This document shows, in pieces, positions 17,646 to 27,108 of a stretch of 64,000 bases of DNA. Numbering within the stretch: the stretch's first letter is position 1; every line of letters starts with the position of its first letter. Source of the DNA: a candidate division WWE3 bacterium RIFOXYC1_FULL_40_10. Lineage in GTDB: Bacteria; Patescibacteriota; WWE3; UBA101185; UBA10185. Location: assembly GCA_001773215.1 (NCBI GenBank), contig MEWB01000001.1, positions 322,473 through 386,472 on the forward strand, read 5' to 3'. The position numbers and the translations under genes are program-made. The notes below the pieces were generated by a model. The model was not told where the DNA came from. It worked only from the letters and a program-made list of their open reading frames with translations, and did no database searches.

Positions 17646-20405
17646 TCACTTTCTAACTGCTAGATCTACTGTATTGTACACACTACGCGCCTTGTTATCT
17701 TTGAATATGTTCTTGTTAAATTTGTTGGTTTCAGGGACAGTAAGTGAATAAATTCCGTACCGGTTTGCTTCTATAGTATTACCTGAAAATTCGTTGTACC
17801 CGCTTTTTATATAAATGCCTTTAGTGCTGCTACTAATATAGTTGTCTTTTACCAAATTGTTTTCGGCTCCTGAGTAAAGATAGAACCCGTATGCAAAATT
17901 ATCTCTCGTGGTGTTATTTATAAAAGCGTTATTTTTAGATTCGGCATTTACTCTTATTCCTTTATTATTCCTCTCTAAGTTGTTCTCCTTAATTAAATTG
18001 GAGTCTGAGTTGTAAATTGCAATTCCATCTTCGTTCCCGTAAACAGTGTTTCCGATAATGTAATTATTATTCGAGTCTTCGTGCAACATTATCCCGTGGA
18101 GCTTATTGTTATAGGAAGTGTTATTGACAATGTAATTGTTAAAACATCTCTTGGAAAAAATTATTCCGTGTGTTCCATTGTTATAAGATATATTGTTTTC
18201 GACTAAAAAGTTATTTGAATCATCGTGTGGATCCAAGCCATAGGCAATATTGTCATAAAACTGGTTATTTTTCCAAATCATCCCTGATGTTCCATATGTA
18301 TACGCCCCAAAGTAATTATCATGGAACTTGCTATTCATAATTTCCCCGGTCATAAAATTACTGCCGAATGATCTCGAAGGAATCCTCCAGGAGACCCCGT
18401 ATGTACCTCCTTCGGATATATCTTTAGCCTTGTATCCAAGATAGCTCAGTTCAGAATTATAGATATCGAATCTGCCGTTTCCTTTTGCTAATATATAGGC
18501 TCTTCCGTCTGAGTAATCGCTGTCGATTGTTCCGTTAACCTCGTCCCAAGATGTAATTTTTATGCCATCCATAGTTAATCTCCCGTTATTGGTTTCTAGC
18601 TTAACATATCCCTCCGCATCGCTTTTCAGTTTGATCCAGCTGGCTTCTGATAAGTTTATATCCAGGCTCACTCCGTTACCTATCATAATATTAGAAGTAA
18701 TGAGCCATGTTTTGGGATCAACTTCCTTGATGTGAGTGTATCCATCTAGTTCTGCGAGTCTTTTTAGAGTTAAACTCGACCCTCTACCAGCAACCGCCAG
18801 GCTATTTGATAGCTCACTATATGTTACCTGAGTGTAAGGAAAACGATAACTTTCAAAGTTAAAAATTCTAAGTGGAGTAAAGGCATTATCTTTTAAAGGT
18901 ATTGTAAGCGTTGTTCCAACATCAATACGGTTCCAATTAGGCAAAATGTTGAAATTGTATTTCACAATATCTTCCGGTGATGTGGCATACTTTTCTGCTA
19001 TTGTAGTAAGAGTTTCGCCCTTGGTAACAACATGCCTGGTCGCTATTGGAGCATACTCTTTTACCTCGGAAACATTTTGGAGCTGGCTTTCTAAAACCAG
19101 ATCAGAAGAAGCGGGCTCTCTTAGCAGATCTTGCTTATAAGCGGCAGTTCTTAGTATCACAGGGGTACTGACGAAAGAAATCAGGCATGTAGTTAAAAAT
19201 ATCTGGCTAAGGTTACTGAAAAAGCTAAATTTCTGCAGTCTGTGAGCATCCCATCTGGTAATCCACCCCTGCGTATTAAGTGATATTAATGCGTATATTT
19301 TAATAATTGCGCTAAAAAAGCTAAACGGGACATACAATGGCACTAACACAATGTCTGTTGGGCTTTTTTTAAGATGGGGCCACAACTTAATAGTTCTGCT
19401 AAACAGCCACCAAGCAGCTATTATACCTGCCGAGGTCCATGATTTAAGGTACAGGGCTGCGATAAAGAATAGTGGCGACAGCAGTAAAGTAAAGGGTTGG
19501 ATAGCACTATCGATAAAACCTATGAGAAATATCGGATTCTTTTGAACAAACTTGAGCTTGAAAAACGCATAAAGGTCCTCTCTCCAGGAGTTTCGTGTCC
19601 AACGAATTTTTTGCTTGATGAAGTTTGAGAAGTTTTTCATTCCGGGAGTGTATACCCTCGAGGTGCTCTGGTAGTATGTATGCCATCCTGCATTTTGTAA
19701 GGTATACGTTAGCCTTTTATCGTCTCCCGATATTACTTTTTGGCCAAAAAAGGTTTCCGACACTAAGTCATCTAGGAGGGGAAGTACTGCTTCTCTTCGA
19801 TAGAAGGCTGTTCTGCCTGATAAGCATCTTAGGTAGGGTCCTGATACCGACAAAAAAGGCATATCATCGTTGTATCGAAGGTCAAGAAGGATCGCAAAAG
19901 CCCTTTGCGCCAGTGTCAAAGGTTTTAATACAGCTTGATTAGTAGCTACTCCCCCAACGGTGGGATCATTAAACGGGCATAAACCGTTTTTTAAGACGTC
20001 TTCATCCCAAATAGTGTCGCAATCCACCAAGGCCACTATTTTACCCTTAGCTTTTCGTATCCCATCCGCTAAAGCCTCTCGTTTACCCGGGGTTTTCGTA
20101 ATTATTAATACCGACTTCTTAAACTGGGCAGAAAAGTTTTTAAATACATCAATACACTTGTAATCGGTGTAATCTATCACAGCAATTATTTCGCTGGGTT
20201 TATTCTTCACCCACGAGTTTAATGCAAGAGTAAAAACCTCGGGGGTTTCGTTATAAACGGGAGTAATTATTGAAACAGTATTCTTATAGGGATTGCTTTT
20301 GGGTCGATAAAACGAACTGACTACTTTCTTAATTAGCCATATACTCCATCTCCATATTCCTATAACTCCTATTGGAGCTATAAAGATAACATCGGCAAGA
20401 TTCAT
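17646..20405 (-). CDS. tripartite fusion: processive family-2 glycosyltransferase (membrane synthase) + LysM domain + C-terminal right-handed parallel beta-helix repeats
   Basis: GT2 DxD and QxxRW (QKIRW) motifs with flanking TM helices; LysM (TKGETLTTIAEKYATSPEDIVKYN...GTTLTIP); repeated NNxxYNNxxHGIxL units typical of pectate-lyase/NosD/AlgG-like beta-helices. Confidence 0.75.
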   Translation of the reverse strand: MNLADVIFIAPIGVIGIWRWSIWLIKKVVSSFYRPKSNPYKNTVSIITPVYNETPEVFTLALNSWVKNKPSEIIAVIDYTDYKCIDVFKNFSAQFKKSVLIITKTPGKREALADGIRKAKGKIVALVDCDTIWDEDVLKNGLCPFNDPTVGGVATNQAVLKPLTLAQRAFAILLDLRYNDDMPFLSVSGPYLRCLSGRTAFYRREAVLPLLDDLVSETFFGQKVISGDDKRLTYTLQNAGWHTYYQSTSRVYTPGMKNFSNFIKQKIRWTRNSWREDLYAFFKLKFVQKNPIFLIGFIDSAIQPFTLLLSPLFFIAALYLKSWTSAGIIAAWWLFSRTIKLWPHLKKSPTDIVLVPLYVPFSFFSAIIKIYALISLNTQGWITRWDAHRLQKFSFFSNLSQIFLTTCLISFVSTPVILRTAAYKQDLLREPASSDLVLESQLQNVSEVKEYAPIATRHVVTKGETLTTIAEKYATSPEDIVKYNFNILPNWNRIDVGTTLTIPLKDNAFTPLRIFNFESYRFPYTQVTYSELSNSLAVAGRGSSLTLKRLAELDGYTHIKEVDPKTWLITSNIMIGNGVSLDINLSEASWIKLKSDAEGYVKLETNNGRLTMDGIKITSWDEVNGTIDSDYSDGRAYILAKGNGRFDIYNSELSYLGYKAKDISEGGTYGVSWRIPSRSFGSNFMTGEIMNSKFHDNYFGAYTYGTSGMIWKNNQFYDNIAYGLDPHDDSNNFLVENNISYNNGTHGIIFSKRCFNNYIVNNTSYNNKLHGIMLHEDSNNNYIIGNTVYGNEDGIAIYNSDSNLIKENNLERNNKGIRVNAESKNNAFINNTTRDNFAYGFYLYSGAENNLVKDNYISSSTKGIYIKSGYNEFSGNTIEANRYGIYSLTVPETNKFNKNIFKDNKARSVYNTVDLAVRK

Positions 20406-21313
20406 TTCTTATTATTTTCTTTTGTATTTATACGGTCAATTAGTGTGTAATTTGCTTTTATAGTTGCCTCAAGCACCTTAGCGTCGTACCCTTTGGTTTT
20501 CGCGTAAGAAAGGAAAGCCTCGGTATCTTTTGGCAAACAACTACCCTTAAAAGGCCCAAAGTCTCGCACTCCATATGCAGGATTCCACATACCCTCACAG
20601 CTTTTAGCCACTAGATCAAGTATATTCTGAGTATTCAAATTTAAATCGTTGCAAATATCTCTAAACTCGTTGAAGTACGCAATTTTTACAGCATTAAACA
20701 GATTGTGAATATATTTTTGAATCTCTGCCTCTTCCAAAGTTACTCTATAAATTGGTGCATCGAAAACTGAGTATAGCGCTTCCAAAGTATCTCCCGATTT
20801 TTTGTCGTATTCTCCGATTACTATTATCCAGGGCTTTGTGAAATCACTCTCGGCTGTAGCCTCACGTAGATACTCTGGGTTCATACATACTCCGAAATCC
20901 TTCCCGGCTTTTTTACCAGAATACTCTTCAAGCGTTTTAATTATAAGATTTCTGGTTGTACCCGGAAGTAAAGTGCTTCGGTCGACGACCAGATGATATT
21001 TGTCACTATTTGCTAATCTCTTACCTAAATCCTTGCAGGCTTCTTTTAGATTAGTTAGATTGATTAAACCGTTAACTGTGGGAGTTGAAACACTAAGAAA
21101 AGAAATATCAAAATCGTTTTGCCCATTAAGTTCCGAGGTCACATAGGCCTTATAACCTTTGCTTCTTAAAAACGCGACTCTTTTGGGATCGATATCCAGA
21201 AAAGTAACATCCAAGTTTCTTTTAATAAAACCTAATCCGGAGGCGTAACCTACTACTCCTGATCCAATGATTGATAGTTTTAATTGGCTTGTTACTTTTT
21301 TTACTGCACGCAT
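20402..21313 (-). CDS. UDP-glucose/GDP-mannose dehydrogenase family protein, short form (303 aa, C-terminal substrate-binding domain apparently missing)
   Basis: Rossmann SIIGSGVVGYASG; catalytic-Cys motif GSCLPKD; ends ~45 aa after the Cys; overlaps the synthase start by 4 nt. Confidence 0.7.
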   Translation of the reverse strand: MRAVKKVTSQLKLSIIGSGVVGYASGLGFIKRNLDVTFLDIDPKRVAFLRSKGYKAYVTSELNGQNDFDISFLSVSTPTVNGLINLTNLKEACKDLGKRLANSDKYHLVVDRSTLLPGTTRNLIIKTLEEYSGKKAGKDFGVCMNPEYLREATAESDFTKPWIIVIGEYDKKSGDTLEALYSVFDAPIYRVTLEEAEIQKYIHNLFNAVKIAYFNEFRDICNDLNLNTQNILDLVAKSCEGMWNPAYGVRDFGPFKGSCLPKDTEAFLSYAKTKGYDAKVLEATIKANYTLIDRINTKENNKK

Positions 21314-21357
21314 ATAATTTGTATTTAGGCAGTAATGGGTTGCATGCTATCACTTTG

Positions 21358-22731
21358 TTATTTCGTAGTCAATCGGTTAAAGAATATTCTGTATGTTTCC
21401 CCTAATTCCTTTTCGTAAAACAAATAGTATTCCTCAGTTATACTCGAGGCTAGCTGGGGATAAAGCACATTGTCGGTACTTGATATAGATATAGGGCTGC
21501 TAAAGCCGGCAGTAGTCTCTTTGTAGTATGAGACGTAACCAAATGATGCTTCAGGGTCGTCTTTAGGAAAATCCGAGCTATCCCTGTTTTCCATCCACGA
21601 TACTGCAAATCCTGTTTTGCTACTGCCAACAACAGGGAACATTTGGTAATGGTCAGATTCTCGAATCACTCTCGGATTCGACCATTTGTCATTTTTATAA
21701 ATTGAGTAGAAAATTTGGGATGGTTTTCCTTCGTCGGGTTGCTGTCTCCATACCGCCATTAATTCTGAACCATTATACCCTACGCTCGCGTGCCTGGCGT
21801 CGAGGTTTGATTTCGATAAGTTGTCCCAGGTTGACCAACTATTGCCGTTGTCCGTAGATATGGAGTGCCATATCTGTTGGATTCCATCCTCCATACTTTG
21901 GCTCGAATACATAAACAAGTGAAGTCTGCCCCCTGAATCAACCACTAAGCTAGGCCTGGATTGAGTATTACTCGGTGTGGCCTGAACATTTTTCCACGGG
22001 CTAAAGTCTTTACCCTTATTTTTCGACAGACTGAATTTTATTTGTTGCTGACCATTATCGGAGTCCTTGCCCTCCCACACCACATAAACAAACTCTTTAT
22101 AAGTTGTTACTTGGGGATGCTCTTGCCAGTAGTCATCATCATCATAGCCGGATACTATGGCAATGTTTATCCAATTAGACCAGGAACGTCCTTTATCGAC
22201 GGATTTAGAATATTTAATTTGCCTTCCCAATTGCTCGTTATCCGGATCCAACCCGTACCAAACTACGTGAACTATGTCGTCTTCTGAAATTGTAAGTGAT
22301 GGAACTCTTTGAGTGGCTCCATTTCCGACCACTGAAACAGGTGTCTCATCTCCTGAGACGGCATACCTGCTGGGACCCAATTTTTCAAGCTTAGTTACAA
22401 AAATTTCCTCATTATCTTTATATATTTTTCTATATGCCGTATAGATACTACCCGTACTATCGAGAGCTATTTTATTTTGGCCGGTATACCCTAGTGCTTT
22501 ATAGTCCTCTACGGTATTTATCTCATACCCGACTTTAAGTTTATAACTTGGCTCTGTAGTTTGAGTTATGGTAGAAGTGGTTTCTGGTATTTCCGGTGGA
22601 GTGATATTTTGAACTGGTACCGTTACTGTTTTATAAACTTTTTTTGTGGTAGAAGACATAAGCAGATATATAAAGGCACAACTGACTATTAGTAAGATCG
22701 TGAAAAGCACCCACATAAGTTTCCTTGGCAT
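21358..22731 (-). CDS. BNR/Asp-box repeat protein (sialidase-like glycoside hydrolase fold) with N-terminal membrane anchor
   Basis: Multiple S-x-D-x-G-x-x-W boxes (SVDKGRSWSNW, SKNKGKDFSPW, STDNGNSWSTW). Confidence 0.7.
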   Translation of the reverse strand: MPRKLMWVLFTILLIVSCAFIYLLMSSTTKKVYKTVTVPVQNITPPEIPETTSTITQTTEPSYKLKVGYEINTVEDYKALGYTGQNKIALDSTGSIYTAYRKIYKDNEEIFVTKLEKLGPSRYAVSGDETPVSVVGNGATQRVPSLTISEDDIVHVVWYGLDPDNEQLGRQIKYSKSVDKGRSWSNWINIAIVSGYDDDDYWQEHPQVTTYKEFVYVVWEGKDSDNGQQQIKFSLSKNKGKDFSPWKNVQATPSNTQSRPSLVVDSGGRLHLFMYSSQSMEDGIQQIWHSISTDNGNSWSTWDNLSKSNLDARHASVGYNGSELMAVWRQQPDEGKPSQIFYSIYKNDKWSNPRVIRESDHYQMFPVVGSSKTGFAVSWMENRDSSDFPKDDPEASFGYVSYYKETTAGFSSPISISSTDNVLYPQLASSITEEYYLFYEKELGETYRIFFNRLTTK

Positions 22732-22892
22732 ATGGTCATTTTACCAGACTAAAGTAGTGTCCGTACACTCAGGCATTTGACTTATAGGATTTGGATTTCA
22801 AATATCTGCGTGTTATAATCCCACAAAGTTCTTTGCAAATTTAATAACTAACAGCCAAAGACAATTATATCCTATAGGAAAAGGAGCGTGAT

Positions 22893-23966
22893 ATGAGATC
22901 CACAGTTAAAGTATTTCTCGCCGTGGTTCTGGTGTTTTTACTAGCCAGCCCGGCGTTGGCCGAAGATTACATTACGGCGGCAGTTAATACGCTACAGAAT
23001 GCACGAGTATATGTATATCCCGGTACTGAAGGCACCGATTACTATACTTCTGCAAAGCTGGAAAGTTTGTTGCGGGATGGTGATGATCTGGTTCTTGTGA
23101 TGCTTCCGGCAGAGGCAGAAGCGGGAACAGATTTGCTCACCTTGGCTCGCAGTTTGTCCGAAGGTTTGGAAGACACTAAAATTATCGGACTTGCTGTTGG
23201 AAGAAAAGTTATTGGGTATGCTCCCAACCTACCTGTTGGAGTGGCCGCTGATCAAATGGAGCGCGCTAAGAGTGTTTCCAACGATTCTGTAACAGCTCTT
23301 GTTACTTTCTCGAGGAACATTCATCTGTGGCAAAAGGCGAATGTTAAGCAAACTCCCACACCACTTCCCACTATCACCCCTATTCCAAAGCCCACTTCTA
23401 CTCCCAGACCACCAATGTTACCAGAGGTAAAGAGAAAGCTATCTTGGTTAAGTGTAATATTCGTGATTTCACTAGTTGTTGTCGGGTTAGGTACACTAGT
23501 TGCCAGATCGCAACCGCTGTTTCTAATGAGTAAGCGGAAGCGAACTCTAAAACAAACCGAGCTTCAGATCAAAGGCATCCAAGAGGATGTGGGTTTGATT
23601 AGAGATTACAGAGTGAGAACTGAACTTTCTCATGCCTGTTTGGTTGCACTTGGCCTTGTGGAACTGCTTGAGATAGAAGGGAAGTCGCAAAGCTACACTG
23701 AACTGCAGCTACCTGTTTTGATAGGTAATATGGGAATTCAGGTTAAGTCCTTTCTAGGCCACGAGTCTAAAAGGCATCCAATTTCTCAGACGATGAATCA
23801 GAAATTAAGGGAGGTGTTGTTTAACTACGACGACTTGTTCACTAAGCTTCAGGAGGGTAATGAGAGTGCGACCGACTTACTCGCTTCGATAATCGAATCC
23901 AATAACGCAATGATTCAAGCCTTAGGCTATTTGCCCGAGGATCCTAATAAGAATGATCAGAGATAA
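22893..23966 (+). CDS. hypothetical bitopic protein: signal peptide, extracellular domain, Pro/Thr-rich linker, TM helix, cytoplasmic domain
   Basis: ORF track; PTPLPTITPIPKPTSTPRPP linker then a TM; GC higher than the genome background. Confidence 0.45.
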   Translation: MRSTVKVFLAVVLVFLLASPALAEDYITAAVNTLQNARVYVYPGTEGTDYYTSAKLESLLRDGDDLVLVMLPAEAEAGTDLLTLARSLSEGLEDTKIIGLAVGRKVIGYAPNLPVGVAADQMERAKSVSNDSVTALVTFSRNIHLWQKANVKQTPTPLPTITPIPKPTSTPRPPMLPEVKRKLSWLSVIFVISLVVVGLGTLVARSQPLFLMSKRKRTLKQTELQIKGIQEDVGLIRDYRVRTELSHACLVALGLVELLEIEGKSQSYTELQLPVLIGNMGIQVKSFLGHESKRHPISQTMNQKLREVLFNYDDLFTKLQEGNESATDLLASIIESNNAMIQALGYLPEDPNKNDQR

Positions 23967-24978
23967 GGAGATAGCTATGAAGAAACTGATTTGTCTGAGT
24001 TTGCTATTGGTTTTACTGGCCGGAATTCTGACGGCCTGCATATCGGCAGCATCTTCGACAGCAAGTTGTGCCTTTGTGGTCGGTAGTGGCTACAACGGCA
24101 ACGATTCCAAGTTGCACAAAGTAATCTTTCCCGGGCAGCAGGTCATTGTTGGTACGGACGAAGTTGTATCCTACTTTCCGTGTAACTCACGGAATTACAT
24201 CATCAACGATGGCAGCGTCAAGGATTTAAAAGGAAAGCCAGTGGGTGACCGAGCGCAATTGATTGAAGCTACGACTTCAACCGGTGTGCCGATTAAAATT
24301 GCAGCCAGGGCACTGTGGACCCTTAACCAGTCAGAGGATGCCATGGAGGCTTTCTACCAGGTATGTTTTAAATACAAGTGTGCCAGTGAGAAAGATCAAA
24401 GCGGCGACCAAAATTTCTCGACGGACGGTTGGAATGGCATGCTTGCCGAGAACATGGGTCCTGCAATGGAAACTGCTGCAAAGTACGCGGCATTCGAGGT
24501 TGATGATTCAATCTGGAATGTACAGGATCCTAAGCAGATAGAGGACCTCCAAGACAAGATGTCGGCGATTTTCGATGATGTAATGCGCGCGAATTTGGGG
24601 TACCCAGTGGATTTGTTCTGTGGATCAGGGAATTCGGCTTGGAGTGATCCTGAGCACCCTGGTGAAGGTGATTTTGTTTGTACACCTGTGCGTATTATTG
24701 TTGACTCAGTGCAGCGTGGTGATATTCAAAACGGGGAAAGTACGATGGGACTGATAGAATTGAACAAGCAGCGCCTCCAAAACGCTGTAGCTATCTATGG
24801 TTCCGTTGAAAATGCTGCATTCTGGCTTGCCTTGCAGGATTCGATCGAAAAGTGTAAAGGTTCTGGGGCGACCTGCGTTTTCAACATTGGGTTTCCGACA
24901 ACTTACCCGGTAGTTTTACCAGCGGGCGACAATGTAGCGTTACCTACTCCCGCTCCAACGGCTACAGCGCAACCTTAG
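23953..24978 (+). CDS. hypothetical lipoprotein
   Basis: Lipobox-like LLAGILTAC after a signal peptide; several Cys pairs. Confidence 0.45.
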   Translation: MIRDKEIAMKKLICLSLLLVLLAGILTACISAASSTASCAFVVGSGYNGNDSKLHKVIFPGQQVIVGTDEVVSYFPCNSRNYIINDGSVKDLKGKPVGDRAQLIEATTSTGVPIKIAARALWTLNQSEDAMEAFYQVCFKYKCASEKDQSGDQNFSTDGWNGMLAENMGPAMETAAKYAAFEVDDSIWNVQDPKQIEDLQDKMSAIFDDVMRANLGYPVDLFCGSGNSAWSDPEHPGEGDFVCTPVRIIVDSVQRGDIQNGESTMGLIELNKQRLQNAVAIYGSVENAAFWLALQDSIEKCKGSGATCVFNIGFPTTYPVVLPAGDNVALPTPAPTATAQP

Positions 24979-25004
24979 TAAATTGATCTTGTAAGTTTAT
25001 TCGT

Positions 25005-25040
25005 CCCCCGAGAGCAAATGTTTTCGGGGGATTTTCTTTT
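25005..25040 (+). terminator. Rho-independent terminator after the lipoprotein gene
   Basis: cccccgagagcaaatgttttcggggg followed by attttctttt. Confidence 0.5.
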
Positions 25041-25138
25041 GACTCAAGCTGTGATGTTACCTTGACAAACAGACCTATAACTATTAAAATTCTCAAGAAT
25101 CATCAGACTATAAGACCAATAGAACAAAGGAGTAAGGT

Positions 25139-26455
25139 ATGAATAAAGGTAAAATGCTTGACCCTAAGAATTTGTTTGCTGATATTGGAAACCCAGGGAA
25201 GCTTACAACTGCTCAGGATGGTGAGGAAGCTGCGGAGCAAGCAGGGGTAGCTGCCGAAATTAAGGCCATGAAGATTAAGAATGAGCTTGATAATCAGGAA
25301 GCCCAGATCGAACAAGCTACGGCTTTAATTGTGAGTCGTACACAAGCAATTCAAGAGAACCATGAGCTTTTTGATTTACACACTGTTATTTTCGGGTGGT
25401 TTCCCCCGGATGAAGTCAAAAAGGCAAACGCCTTGGTAGATGCTCGTAAAGCTACTGCATTGAATATCGATTCTGCAGCCAGCTATGGAGTTGTGCCTGA
25501 TAATGTAGTGGCACAATTCGTTAATTCTGCTGCTACCAGAGCTGCTGGACAGGCACGTTTGGAAGTTGCCAGGGTGCTTGATCAGGCTACTGGCGTTACT
25601 CGAAAAATTGCCGAAGACGAAAGCATCTCAGCTGACGAGGTCTCTAAGAAGGCGCAAAAGCTACTGGATAAATGGCACGACGCCCAGGTTCTAAATGCAC
25701 TGTTCAACCGCCTGTTTAAGCAGACACTGAACCGTGTGACCGATTACCAAAATCGGTTAGCGGGTGTTGGTAATGACTTAGCAAAGAAGCAAGTAACGCT
25801 GGAGACTATTTCTGCGTCCTTGTATGCTCGCCAGGAGTTGGTAAAGCGGTGTCTTTTTGACACCTGTGTTTCGGGTCTTGCTCTTGTGACAATCCTTGCT
25901 CAACAGCACGAAGTTCTTCATGACCTTGAGGTGAGCAAAAATAAGGACAGAAATTCTCCTCCTCAGGTATACGCCCAGAGGATTCAGGAGCAAGAAGCTT
26001 TGATCGAAATTACTACCAAGCGACTGGTGGACATTAAAGCGTTTGCAATTAAGCTAATCGGGTTGTACAGCGTGCTTGGTAACACACGGTTCAATGTTGC
26101 AATCATCAAGGCCGATGTTGTTTTCACCAGGACGAACCTGATGGCAACCCTAGGGTTACAGCTGGGTTTAGTTGTGGATATCATTTCCACTCTTCGAATT
26201 AGCAAAGCCGCTGGGGACATTCGCGAAGCCGAGGCCGAAGCAGCTGAAAAGGTGGGAGTGTCTACACAGGCTTTGGACGAGGCTGGCAATAAGGCTTTAA
26301 CAGACGTTCAGACTACAATCAGGAGTTTGAGGGCTACTGTTAATGCAGCGGTAGTAGGTATCAAGAATACGCACGCCAACCTCCAACGCGTCGCTGACAT
26401 GAATACTCAGGCAGAAAAGGAGTTTGCCGAGTTATTCGCAACGATGGCTGTGTAA
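25139..26455 (+). CDS. hypothetical all-alpha/coiled-coil protein (possible TelA/KlaA-like toxic-anion-resistance family; unverified)
   Basis: No signal peptide; long helical heptad regions; size and composition reminiscent of TelA-family proteins but I cannot confirm a motif. Confidence 0.45.
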   Translation: MNKGKMLDPKNLFADIGNPGKLTTAQDGEEAAEQAGVAAEIKAMKIKNELDNQEAQIEQATALIVSRTQAIQENHELFDLHTVIFGWFPPDEVKKANALVDARKATALNIDSAASYGVVPDNVVAQFVNSAATRAAGQARLEVARVLDQATGVTRKIAEDESISADEVSKKAQKLLDKWHDAQVLNALFNRLFKQTLNRVTDYQNRLAGVGNDLAKKQVTLETISASLYARQELVKRCLFDTCVSGLALVTILAQQHEVLHDLEVSKNKDRNSPPQVYAQRIQEQEALIEITTKRLVDIKAFAIKLIGLYSVLGNTRFNVAIIKADVVFTRTNLMATLGLQLGLVVDIISTLRISKAAGDIREAEAEAAEKVGVSTQALDEAGNKALTDVQTTIRSLRATVNAAVVGIKNTHANLQRVADMNTQAEKEFAELFATMAV

Positions 26456-26472
26456 TTTTTAAGGAAGAAGTT

Positions 26473-26507
26473 GCTCCCCGATAATAAAAATATCGGGGAG
26501 CTTTTAG
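26473..26507 (+). terminator. Rho-independent terminator
   Basis: gctccccgataataaaaatatcggggagc followed by ttttag. Confidence 0.55.
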
Positions 26508-26528
26508 TTCCTAATGGTATAATATAGT

Positions 26529-27101
26529 ATGCGGAAAAACTTCATTCCACTCATAATCATTTCTACTTTGCTCTTGGCGTTAGGATTGGCATATTCTCAG
26601 TATCAGTCTAGTCAAAGAAACAATGAGACTGCAAATTCCCTGAATACCCCTGATCTAGCGGGGGACAGAATTATAAACTTTAGCGGAAAAGGGTTAAAAA
26701 CAGTACCGGCAGACTTGCTAAATAATAATGCCTTACTTGAGCTTAATCTTAGTGCAAATGCAATTACTTCCTTGCCCTCGCAGATACAAGCTTGGGTAGA
26801 TTTGGAAGTATTTAATGTAGAAAAAAATCGATTGACGTCACTGCCGGCCGAAATAAGGTTCTTCACTAAATTAACTACTCTTGATGCAAGCGGAAATAGA
26901 CTCACAGGTTTACCCGCAGAAATTGGTCAACTAACCAATCTCATAGAGCTAGATCTGTCGGATAATGATATTACCGAGGTTCCAAACGAAATACTTACTC
27001 TTTTGGGTTTAGAGTCCCTGGATATTAGGGGAAATCCTATAAAGGCTGCTCACCTCAAGAGCTTACAGGATAGCCTACCTAATACAGACATCCAGTTCTA
27101 A
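26529..27101 (+). CDS. secreted leucine-rich repeat (LRR) protein
   Basis: Signal peptide; ~6 tandem 23-residue LxxLxLxxNxLTxLPxEI repeats. Confidence 0.75.
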   Translation: MRKNFIPLIIISTLLLALGLAYSQYQSSQRNNETANSLNTPDLAGDRIINFSGKGLKTVPADLLNNNALLELNLSANAITSLPSQIQAWVDLEVFNVEKNRLTSLPAEIRFFTKLTTLDASGNRLTGLPAEIGQLTNLIELDLSDNDITEVPNEILTLLGLESLDIRGNPIKAAHLKSLQDSLPNTDIQF

Positions 27102-27108
27102 TAAAGCT

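Noticed and set aside
22778-22820. Putative sigma-70 promoter (TTGGAT-17-TATAAT) upstream of the 22893 cassette
   Set aside because: The -35 match is only 3/6. That is too weak to assert without TSS data.
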